Positions 19,911-27,829 of a DNA stretch of 64,000 nt are shown in pieces (within the stretch, counting starts at the first letter, position 1; every line of letters begins with the position of its first letter). The notes beneath the pieces were generated by a model. It saw nothing but the letters and a program-made list of their open reading frames with translations, was not told where the DNA came from and searched no databases. A program made the translations under genes and the position numbers. The stretch is from an uncultured Candidatus Saccharibacteria bacterium (GTDB lineage Bacteria > Patescibacteriota > Minisyncoccia > Phycocordibacterales > CSBR16-119). The stretch covers positions 5,608-69,607 of the forward strand of contig CAZPVH010000003.1 in the NCBI GenBank assembly GCA_964589975.1. Direction: 5' to 3'.

Positions 19911-20001
19911 CTCCGCGAAGCAGAATATTTCTTTTTTGAGTCCGAGGACCTAGTGCGAAGACACGATCCCGCAGGACGAGAAAAAGAAATGTTCTGCGGA
20001 G
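19911..20001. repeat. conserved-core stem-loop element, copy A (core 19942-19975)
   Basis: Core CCGAGGACCTAGtgcgaagacaCGATCCCGCAGG inside an imperfect ~20-bp inverted repeat; it abuts the stop of the minus-strand RNase gene and precedes the hairpin terminator at 19875-19900. Confidence 0.7.
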
Positions 20002-21396
20002 CTAAAACTCCAGTTCTACTACCTGATTCTGCTCCGGCACGATAGCCGTAACGCCCAAATTATCGTGAAGTTTCTGCGCCAAGAACATTGAAACGCGTGG
20101 TTCACCCATGACCACAAATGCTTTTTTGAGCGTGTCTTTAGTGCTTTCGATGAATTTAACCAAGTGAAACGAATCTTTGTGTCCGGAGAATCCTTGGATC
20201 ATCACGACTTTCGCTCGAACATGCACGCGCTCGAACATAATCATAACCTGGTCTCGGCCTTCTTGGAGCATGCGTCCTAGAGTTCCCGGCACCTGATAGC
20301 CAGTGAGGAGGAGCGTCGCATTCGGATCCCCCAAATAATTCTTTTCATGATGAAGAATCCTTCCGCCAGAAGACATCCCAGAGCCAGCCATGATGATCTT
20401 TGGACCCGGAACTTTTAAAATATTTATTGACTCTTGAGTAATTTCCGTCTCCTTGAGCCCCGGGAAGCTAAAAATGTTGTCTCCCTGACTGATCTGCATC
20501 CGGACTGTTTCTTTAAGGAGATTTAGATGCCTTCTAAATACATCTGTTATACGAATTGCGAGCGGAGAATCAAGGAATATCTTTATTTGTGGAATCTGCT
20601 TCGATTCGACGAAATTATTGAGTTCGTAGAGAAATTCTTGGGTGCGTTCAAGTGAAAAGATCGGCACCATCAAAACGCCCTTCTTGTTATATGTTTCGAG
20701 TATGACTTTTTTCAAATTCTCTTCCCTCTCTGCGCGCTGCTCGTGATTTCTGTCGCCATAAACCGACTCCATGACAATATATTTGGCGTCGGTAATTTCT
20801 TCCGTATCAGCCAAAAGTGGCGACGGCGAGTTTCCAAGGTCCCCTGTAAAGACAATCTTCGAGCCATTGTATGTTATTTCAGCCATGACAGACCCGAGGA
20901 TATGTCCGGCGTCTTTGAAAAATACCGACAATGGCCCGAGGTGAAAATCCTCGTGATACTCATGCGTTTCCCACATATGATCAATCTTGGAGAGCACAGA
21001 TGTTCCGTACATTTCGCCGAGATGATACTTCGGCGCGGATTTCGAGTTTGCCAAAATATGCGCGGTGTCTGCAAGCATGACAGCCGTCAGATCGCGTGTA
21101 GCCGCGGTTCCGATAATTCTGCCCTTGAAGCCCTCATAAACAAGCTTAGGAATGCGGCCGATGTGATCTTCGTGAGCGTGCGTGACGATCAGTGCATCGA
21201 TATCTGCCGGATTATATGGGAATGGCTCCCAGTTATCGAATTCGGCCAGATGCTCACCCTGAATAAGGCCACAGTCCACAAGAAGACGAAACGGCTTCTC
21301 CCCCGATTCCGGCATCGTTTCGAGCAAAAAATTTGCGCCGGTCACCCAGCCCGCGCCGCCCGCAAAAGTAAGTTTTAATTTCTTAACGATGGTCAT
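20002..21396 (-). CDS. MBL-fold metallo-hydrolase, beta-CASP family ribonuclease (RNase J/CPSF-like)
   Basis: HxHxDH motif (VTHAHEDHIG), followed by beta-CASP-like and RNA-specificity regions. Confidence 0.8.
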   Translation of the reverse strand: MTIVKKLKLTFAGGAGWVTGANFLLETMPESGEKPFRLLVDCGLIQGEHLAEFDNWEPFPYNPADIDALIVTHAHEDHIGRIPKLVYEGFKGRIIGTAATRDLTAVMLADTAHILANSKSAPKYHLGEMYGTSVLSKIDHMWETHEYHEDFHLGPLSVFFKDAGHILGSVMAEITYNGSKIVFTGDLGNSPSPLLADTEEITDAKYIVMESVYGDRNHEQRAEREENLKKVILETYNKKGVLMVPIFSLERTQEFLYELNNFVESKQIPQIKIFLDSPLAIRITDVFRRHLNLLKETVRMQISQGDNIFSFPGLKETEITQESINILKVPGPKIIMAGSGMSSGGRILHHEKNYLGDPNATLLLTGYQVPGTLGRMLQEGRDQVMIMFERVHVRAKVVMIQGFSGHKDSFHLVKFIESTKDTLKKAFVVMGEPRVSMFLAQKLHDNLGVTAIVPEQNQVVELEF

Positions 21397-21802
21397 AATT
21401 ATTTGATTTCAGATAATAATAGAACATGGCGAGCATGCTACCTAGCCAACCGAATAATATGTCGCTCAGTGAATCCTTAGGTGTAGCCAGAGCTCCTTCG
21501 ATATTGAAAAGGTGCTGGACAGAGAATTCCAATATTTCCCAAAGCACAGCAATTAAAACGAATATGAAACTATTCATGAGGAGCGCCTTCCAGAAATGAT
21601 TGTCTTCGCGCCAGATACCATAAGTTTTGTAGAAGACGAAGACCAAAAAGAATGTGACGACGATGCCGCCTAGAAAGTGCATGACCATATCGAACCAAAA
21701 GAAGCTCTGATACCAAAAGAAAAAGCTTGCCAGGGCGTTCAAAACGAATACGGCAAAAATCGAAAGGCCGAACTTCCGGAAAAAAGATTTGCGGATAGAC
21801 AT
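21383..21802 (-). CDS. hypothetical multi-pass membrane protein
   Basis: Four predicted TM helices; no recognised family. Confidence 0.5.
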   Translation of the reverse strand: MSIRKSFFRKFGLSIFAVFVLNALASFFFWYQSFFWFDMVMHFLGGIVVTFFLVFVFYKTYGIWREDNHFWKALLMNSFIFVLIAVLWEILEFSVQHLFNIEGALATPKDSLSDILFGWLGSMLAMFYYYLKSNNYDHR

Positions 21803-22183
21803 GGCTTAATTCTACTAGGCTTCGAACAAAAAGAAAAACCCTTCTGATGAAGAGTATCTCTTTACGGCTATCCATGATTATCCTAGCTTTTTTAAAAAAG
21901 TGGGTGCGATGCGGTGTGGACCACGGTCCGCCCCGACGGCTCGCTCCCCTAGGATTAATGTTCTAGATAATTCGGGATAACCGTAACCACATTTTACCAG
22001 ATTTATAGAAATGCAAATACTAGACAAAAATTGATTAGAGAGTATAGTTTGGGAAAATAAAAAGCATGCTAGAGCAAGCATTCATTTACATAGGCATAGG
22101 TCTGCTCGTCTCACTACTAATAGTGAGGTTCGCATATCTATCGGTGATGGACATACCAAAACCCAAGAAGTTCTTCTGAAGCA

Positions 22184-22206
22184 AAACCCCCGTTGAACGG
22201 GGGCCT
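22184..22206 (-). terminator. intrinsic terminator downstream of ndk (bidirectional hairpin)
   Basis: aaacccccgttgaacgggggcc hairpin; U-tract on the minus strand after the stem. Confidence 0.6.
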
Positions 22207-22224
22207 TCGCTTTTATACTTTTAT

Positions 22225-22707
22225 TTACTGAGGAAAGTGATCGGCGTAAACGAAGGCCTGATCAATCTTTTCATACGAGAATAATTCGTCCTCACCGAAG
22301 AATCGGTTTACCTCATCAATCCCATTTTGAACAGAGTCTGATGCGTGAACAACATTGGACTGAATAGACATGGCCAAATCTCCACGAATGGTGCCTCCTG
22401 GAGCCTCAAATGACTTAGTAGGACCAACTATGATTCGCACAGCATCAACAGCACCAATACCAGAAAGTGCCATAACAACAACCGGAGCAGACTTCATGAA
22501 AGTCTTTATGCCGGCAAAGAAAGGTTTGTCTTTTATGTGCTTATAGTGATCCTCGAGAAGCACGTCTTCGAGCGTCAGCATCTTCATGCCGTTGATCTTG
22601 AGACCCTTTCGCTCGAATCGGCCAATGATCTCGCCTACCAGGTTACGCTGGATGGCGTCAGGCTTCATGATGATAAGGACTTTCTCGTTTTTCGGATGAG
22701 TATTCAT
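22225..22707 (-). CDS. ndk: nucleoside-diphosphate kinase
   Basis: NDK fold with active-site region NVVHASDS. Confidence 0.9.
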   Translation of the reverse strand: MNTHPKNEKVLIIMKPDAIQRNLVGEIIGRFERKGLKINGMKMLTLEDVLLEDHYKHIKDKPFFAGIKTFMKSAPVVVMALSGIGAVDAVRIIVGPTKSFEAPGGTIRGDLAMSIQSNVVHASDSVQNGIDEVNRFFGEDELFSYEKIDQAFVYADHFPQ

Positions 22708-22817
22708 AATTATTGATTGAATTTTAATAGCTGTATATTAGCATTTGATACGTGATTATATTTATTGACAAAATGAAAATAATTGGTAATATCAGATAAA
22801 CACAAACCCATAGCACC

Positions 22818-23318
22818 ATGAAGAAAATTTTTGCTCTCACGTCACTGTGTGTCCTTTTGGCCCACAGCGGCTTCTGTCAAAGCGGCATCAAGTATCCCGA
22901 CTGCAAGACTGGCGGGGCGGGCGGCTCGCTTATGGTATACGACGACAAGCTCGACGGGACGCTGGGCCATCATCCTTGGATGACCCTCCAAGAAGGCAGT
23001 TCCTGCGGCGAGGTCCTCATGGTCGTTGAGGGTGAGGTTGATTCCTGCGCGGTCTATACCTTGAACGATGTTGCCGGACGAACAGCAACGAACGGACGAA
23101 CCCTCCTCTGGGAAGGCAACGCTTACGACAAGGGCACGTTCATGACGCTCTTCCGAGGCATTGTGCCAAAGGACTATGTCCGCATCGAACAAGAAGTGAT
23201 GACGGACGGAATCTTCGGCGGGAAAAATCCGCCGAAAGCCATCCACCTCATCATCGGCACGGCCAAAGGAGAGTCGGTGATGGTCGTTTCCGCCTGCAAG
23301 TGCATGAGCGAAAACTAA
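22818..23318 (+). CDS. hypothetical secreted Cys-containing protein (GC-rich gene)
   Basis: Signal peptide MKKIFALTSLCVLLAHSGFCQSG; local GC content clearly above neighbours. Confidence 0.55.
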   Translation: MKKIFALTSLCVLLAHSGFCQSGIKYPDCKTGGAGGSLMVYDDKLDGTLGHHPWMTLQEGSSCGEVLMVVEGEVDSCAVYTLNDVAGRTATNGRTLLWEGNAYDKGTFMTLFRGIVPKDYVRIEQEVMTDGIFGGKNPPKAIHLIIGTAKGESVMVVSACKCMSEN

Positions 23319-23347
23319 GACAAGAGCGCTGTTCGAAAGAACGGCGC

Positions 23348-23399
23348 TCTTTTATATTTTTATAAACTTATCCATCACTTCCTTCTCTACTTCATCTCT
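23348..23399. repeat. direct repeat, copy 1: duplicated 3' end and terminator tail of the 909-aa ATPase gene
   Basis: 23362-23399 matches 24620-24657 at 37 of 38 positions, and the preceding T-tracts also match. On the minus strand it would encode ...RDEVEKEVMDKFIKI* versus the ATPase C-terminus ...RDEVEKEVMDKFMKI*. Confidence 0.7.
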
Positions 23400-23489
23400 T
23401 TGCCAGCCTCATTAATGAAGGTAGATTTAGTAATCATTGACAAATTACCAACATTGTGCTACCATATACGCAGACCAAAAACGAAACAC

Positions 23490-23975
23490 ATGAAAACCTT
23501 CACAACCATACTGTTGACAGTCTTCTGTCTCTTCACAAGTCGCGCCACGGCCCAAACGGGCTCGATCAGATCCCTCTTGGAAAAGAACGGTTTTGAGTGG
23601 CAATCAAGCCTTGCCCAACCAAGCGATTTCGACAACGAGAGCGACCTGGGCGCACAAACCGAGGTTACGAAACTGAAACGAGAAGAAGATGAGAAAGTGA
23701 CGACAACCGGCGTCCTGAGTTTAATCGATACGCTCAATTTCACACCGCTCAGCCTGAAAGAGTCACTTCAATACCGTGAGGACACCTACATACCCGACAT
23801 CATTGATGTTTATCACGAAAGAACGGTTGTGTTTTTCGGTTCAAGTGTTCAGGTTAGAGGGAAAACCTACTACCCAATACTACGTTGGCAGGAAGGAAGC
23901 AAGAAAGGAATAGTCACGATGACAGACAATCCTTTCTGCTGCAAAGAAGAGGTGGACATTGTAGTGAAACACTGA
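23490..23975 (+). CDS. hypothetical secreted protein
   Basis: Start chosen at the internal Met giving signal peptide MKTFTTILLTVFCLFTSRATAQ; the ORF track extends upstream to 23400. Confidence 0.5.
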   Translation: MKTFTTILLTVFCLFTSRATAQTGSIRSLLEKNGFEWQSSLAQPSDFDNESDLGAQTEVTKLKREEDEKVTTTGVLSLIDTLNFTPLSLKESLQYREDTYIPDIIDVYHERTVVFFGSSVQVRGKTYYPILRWQEGSKKGIVTMTDNPFCCKEEVDIVVKH

Positions 23976-24103
23976 AGAATGCGCGCCAGCCACGACAACG
24001 TGGCTGGCGTTTACTTTTTATCTATTGTTTTACACTTGCGTAAGCGGCCGGACTACACTACCATTGTAGTTATTAATAAGAGAAAGACGCTTTTTAAAAA
24101 TAT

Positions 24104-24559
24104 ATGAATACTAAAATCGTAGGGGGTCTATTGGCTCTAGTGCTAATTGTTCAAGTGGTGCTGGTCGGAGCAGGAACAAAGATGTCGGAAAAGATTAGCA
24201 GTATAAATGTTCAACAAGCTTCTATAATTTCTAAGGTTGATCAGGTGGCAGCGCTTGGCGCAAGCGGGGTCCTCAATCCTGGACCAACACCTGGAGGAAT
24301 TACAATCATAACCTATTATCTTTACAATAGGTGCACAGTTACAACCTATTCAGATGCTGGCACCCCTAGCACGTCTCAGGGCTATACGGTTAGTACTCCA
24401 AGCGGTCAGGGCTGTGACACATCTGGACCTCAATCTGCAACGGCAGGCACAGGCACAGGTATAACAAATAATATTGTTCCCCTTAGAGACGGCGGGGTAA
24501 GCATAAGAAATTCATCTGACATAGTAAGTACTGAAATAAAGTTTATTAAGTCACGTTAA
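24104..24559 (+). CDS. hypothetical membrane-anchored Thr/Ser/Gly-rich protein
   Basis: N-terminal TM/signal anchor MNTKIVGGLLALVLIVQVVLVGAG. Confidence 0.5.
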   Translation: MNTKIVGGLLALVLIVQVVLVGAGTKMSEKISSINVQQASIISKVDQVAALGASGVLNPGPTPGGITIITYYLYNRCTVTTYSDAGTPSTSQGYTVSTPSGQGCDTSGPQSATAGTGTGITNNIVPLRDGGVSIRNSSDIVSTEIKFIKSR

Positions 24560-24565
24560 AAGAAA

Positions 24566-24608
24566 TACATATAAAAGACCTCTTTATCATAAAAGAGGTC
24601 TTTTATTT
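24566..24608. terminator. bidirectional hairpin terminator between gene 24104-24559 and the ATPase gene
   Basis: aaaagacctctttatcataaaagaggtctttt perfect hairpin with T/A tracts on both sides. Confidence 0.6.
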
Positions 24609-24657
24609 TTTATATCTTCATAAACTTATCCATCACTTCCTTCTCTACCTCATCTCT
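24599..24657. repeat. direct repeat, copy 2: authentic 3' end of the ATPase gene
   Basis: Partner of 23348-23399; the two copies bracket a ~1.2-kb cassette containing the two small secreted-protein genes at 23490-24559. Confidence 0.7.
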
Positions 24658-27339
24658 CGGTCGTCCATACTTGAGGAATGAAAGTTCTTTGAGAGAGTCG
24701 ACAATATCTGGATTTCCTGCTGGTAAGTCTTGTGTACGAATATTGAATGGCTTAACTGGCGTACCGTCGACGAGCATGGACACATACGCATTACGGTTAT
24801 CTAGCTTCATGATGTCTTGAACGGTAAAGACTGGGTCCAAACGCTTCTGCAAAATCTCCGCATCTTCGGAACTAATACGGAATATTGCCATCGAACCAAC
24901 GTTACCGAGTACGGCATTTCGAATATCGTCCGAGAGTTGTGACAAATACTGGTGGGCAACATTAAGACCGAGCTTGTATTTTCGTGCTTCAGAGAGAATC
25001 GAAGAAATAGATGGGGTGGTGAAATTCTGAAACTCGTCTATGTAGAGATAAAACGGTGGAAAATTTGCGCCGTGCGAGTCGGCACGAGAAAGTGCTGCCA
25101 TTTGGATCTTTCCTACCAGAATGAGACCTAAGAGGTTTGCATTGATATCTCCAAGTCTTCCCTTCGAAAGGTTTACCAGTAAGATTTTCTTGTTATCAAT
25201 AATCTCGCGGAAATTAAAGCTTGATTTCTCCTGAGCGATAATTGGACGCATAATTTCGTTAGAAATAAATGTGTCGAATTTGGACGTAATATACGGAACG
25301 AAGTTCTCTAGTCCTTGCTCACCTGTAGTCGCTTCAGCGGTTTTCCAGAATTGCTTGATGATTGGGTTCGTACAACGTTCTAGCTTCATATCACGGAATT
25401 TCTTGTCAGAGAGAACACGACCAATTTCAAGAATAGTATTACCTGTGGACGGATCAGACATCACAAGTCCGGCAGAATTCTTGAAATACTGCTCGAAAAG
25501 TGGTCCACCGGCGGTCTTCATATCAAAGAGCTGACTAAAAATACCGAGGAGTTCGTTAATCACAAGCGTCTTCTGTTCCGGACGCTCTGGATCAAACTCG
25601 AGCATATTGAGGCCCATTGGCCGCGCAGTTGAGGCTGGATCGAAATAAATGACGTCATCAATGCGATGTTTTGGGATATAAGAAAGGATTTTCTGGATGT
25701 CGGATCCGTGTGGATCTATGTAGCAAACACCGTCACCCCGCTCGATATCCTGACGAATCATGTTCATCATAATACCGGTCTTACCAGTTCCAGTCTGGCC
25801 GATAACATAAAAATGCCTCATGCGATCGAGCTCCTGGAGGTAAATATCGGTATCAACTCCGCGATGCGTGTTGATACCGATTTGAACGCCGCCACCAACC
25901 ATATTGAGCGGCGCAGACGCGGAACCTGCTTTTGACTCTTTGAGCTCTGGTGAAGACGCAAGACCTACCGGGAAATGCACGAGCGTCGAGAGTTCTTTGA
26001 AATTGAGCGGCAAGGCCGAAGCTTCGGTCGGCAGGCGGAATGAAAATGAATGGAGAAACTGATCCAAATGCTTGTCGTCGACCTTTTTAAACTTGAGACT
26101 GTTTGAGCTTGGCTTCTCGAACTGAGAGAACGCCGATTCAATGTTTGCAATTATCTCGCCTGTTCGAATGGCGCTATCTGACGAAGCCACGACACGGATA
26201 TTCGCCAGCATGATGGTCGACTTGATCTTCTCGGTAATATTTTCGACAGCTTTGTCGTCGATATCCTTTTCTTCCTTCTCTTCTGTCTTCTTGGGTCCTT
26301 TCCAAAGCATTGTTCCAAAGCTCTTTAGCTCTTTCTTTACGTCGCCAAACTCATCCAATATATGCTTAAGTTTTTCGCCTTTTTTCACCTTATCAAGATA
26401 TCCGGAGAATTTCTTAATGTATCTGTCCCCCGCCGGCATGATGACGAACTGGAGCGCCGCGCCTTCTTTCGTTTTATCAAGCTTCGAGAAGGCGTTCAGG
26501 ATCGTATTCATCGGATCATGATCAAACTCATCGTGAGTTTTGAGTGGAAACACCTCATGATCGCCAAACTCTGCCGATGCCGCCATAATCGAGCCGCCTG
26601 AGTTAAAGACATTGTAATCATTCGTAACTTCGGTGATCTTTGCATTCTTGTAAAATGACAGTATCTGTTTTTCAAGCAGAGTTTTTCGATCTTTTGGAAT
26701 GGAGACATAAAAAACGATTTCCGGTGAATCATGTGATACGGCAATCTCAATTGTGAAATATTGCTTATATTTATTATTCTCCCCATTCGATATGGTCTGC
26801 ATACCGGCATAAAACTGTTCCATAGCGGAAAGAAATTCTTTGAAAGTTTTTTCTTTCTCTTCTGAAGCTGGCAGAGTTACTTCAAAAAGCGCGAGGTTGA
26901 GAGATTTCCATTCTGGCGAACTCTCGGAGAGCCCGGGGACTTGATGAGAAGTGTGGAGGAACTGAATCAAGAATCTGTGAAAGTCGTCCTCAAGATGCGG
27001 ATTATGCATACGGGAAACGATATCCATGGTGTTTTTTATACCGTGCTCTAGGAGTAGGCCATAAAGCTCTTCGATTTGACTATCATGTTCTTCTGGCTTG
27101 AGGGCCAGGACCATGCTTTCGGCCTCTTTCTCTGGCACACGGTAGCTTTCATGAAGCACTTCGGCTGAGTCGGCTTTTTTGTACGCGGAAAGCGTCTCAT
27201 GAGTCACTTCTTCGCGAGATTTTTCAAGCTTAGCACCAGCGTTCACTCTCTCTTGTTCGGCAACTTTCTCGCGCAAATAAGCGAGCTCCTCTTCAGGAGT
27301 CTTGAACGCGCCTTTTTCCATGATCTGAGCCCCTTCCAT
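24610..27339 (-). CDS. large P-loop ATPase of the FtsK/HerA/TraG(VirD4) superfamily with ~430-aa N-terminal domain of unknown function
   Basis: Walker A GQTGTGKTG followed by DPHGS; Walker B LYIDEFQNF; downstream AHQYLSQL motif as in type-IV coupling/HerA-like ATPases; no TM segments. Confidence 0.7.
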   Translation of the reverse strand: MEGAQIMEKGAFKTPEEELAYLREKVAEQERVNAGAKLEKSREEVTHETLSAYKKADSAEVLHESYRVPEKEAESMVLALKPEEHDSQIEELYGLLLEHGIKNTMDIVSRMHNPHLEDDFHRFLIQFLHTSHQVPGLSESSPEWKSLNLALFEVTLPASEEKEKTFKEFLSAMEQFYAGMQTISNGENNKYKQYFTIEIAVSHDSPEIVFYVSIPKDRKTLLEKQILSFYKNAKITEVTNDYNVFNSGGSIMAASAEFGDHEVFPLKTHDEFDHDPMNTILNAFSKLDKTKEGAALQFVIMPAGDRYIKKFSGYLDKVKKGEKLKHILDEFGDVKKELKSFGTMLWKGPKKTEEKEEKDIDDKAVENITEKIKSTIMLANIRVVASSDSAIRTGEIIANIESAFSQFEKPSSNSLKFKKVDDKHLDQFLHSFSFRLPTEASALPLNFKELSTLVHFPVGLASSPELKESKAGSASAPLNMVGGGVQIGINTHRGVDTDIYLQELDRMRHFYVIGQTGTGKTGIMMNMIRQDIERGDGVCYIDPHGSDIQKILSYIPKHRIDDVIYFDPASTARPMGLNMLEFDPERPEQKTLVINELLGIFSQLFDMKTAGGPLFEQYFKNSAGLVMSDPSTGNTILEIGRVLSDKKFRDMKLERCTNPIIKQFWKTAEATTGEQGLENFVPYITSKFDTFISNEIMRPIIAQEKSSFNFREIIDNKKILLVNLSKGRLGDINANLLGLILVGKIQMAALSRADSHGANFPPFYLYIDEFQNFTTPSISSILSEARKYKLGLNVAHQYLSQLSDDIRNAVLGNVGSMAIFRISSEDAEILQKRLDPVFTVQDIMKLDNRNAYVSMLVDGTPVKPFNIRTQDLPAGNPDIVDSLKELSFLKYGRPRDEVEKEVMDKFMKI

Positions 27340-27340
27340 C

Positions 27341-27452
27341 CCGTTAGTGACAGGTCGCGGTCGTCATTCCGCCACCAGCAATTAAATTTATAATCTTGGT
27401 CATAGTTTCTTACATATGCATTTTACCCGCACGCGACCGCGGTCACTAACGG
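27341..27452. promoter_or_regulatory. long imperfect inverted repeat flanking a 68-nt AT-rich spacer, immediately upstream of the 909-aa ATPase start codon
   Basis: Arm 1 at 27341-27363 (ccgttagtgacaggtcgcggtcg) and arm 2 at 27432-27452 (cgcgaccgcggtcactaacgg), which contains the 10-bp palindrome GACCGCGGTC. Arm 1 begins 2 nt after the start codon on the minus strand. Confidence 0.6.
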
Positions 27453-27558
27453 GATCCATATGGATAATATTGTAACATGAAAGAAAAAGACCCTTGTTGC
27501 CAAGCAAAGCGAAAGAGCCGGCAGAACCGGCTCTTAAGTAAACTTCTTACACAGGCCT

Positions 27559-27795
27559 TTACGATTTCGACAAGCTTTCAGGGGAATACCATTCGGGAAC
27601 AGTACTCCAATTGTCGTCCATAAGCACAGGAACGTAGCGCTTATCCATCGGCGTTTTTGTCTCAACCAGCGAGACAGCCACGACCCGACCTTTGCGATGG
27701 CCCACTTTCACAAGTTCGCCAGCTGTGAATTCTCCGAACTTGAAAGCCATTTCTTGAACCTTAACGCCAGTAGCATTTTCCGTGGCTGTTGCCAT
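27559..27795 (-). CDS. hypothetical small protein
   Basis: 78-aa ORF followed by a hairpin terminator; no recognised family and not IF-1-like. Confidence 0.4.
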   Translation of the reverse strand: MATATENATGVKVQEMAFKFGEFTAGELVKVGHRKGRVVAVSLVETKTPMDKRYVPVLMDDNWSTVPEWYSPESLSKS

Positions 27796-27829
27796 GAGTT
27801 CTTGTTTTTCGAGATTATAGAGAAAGACC

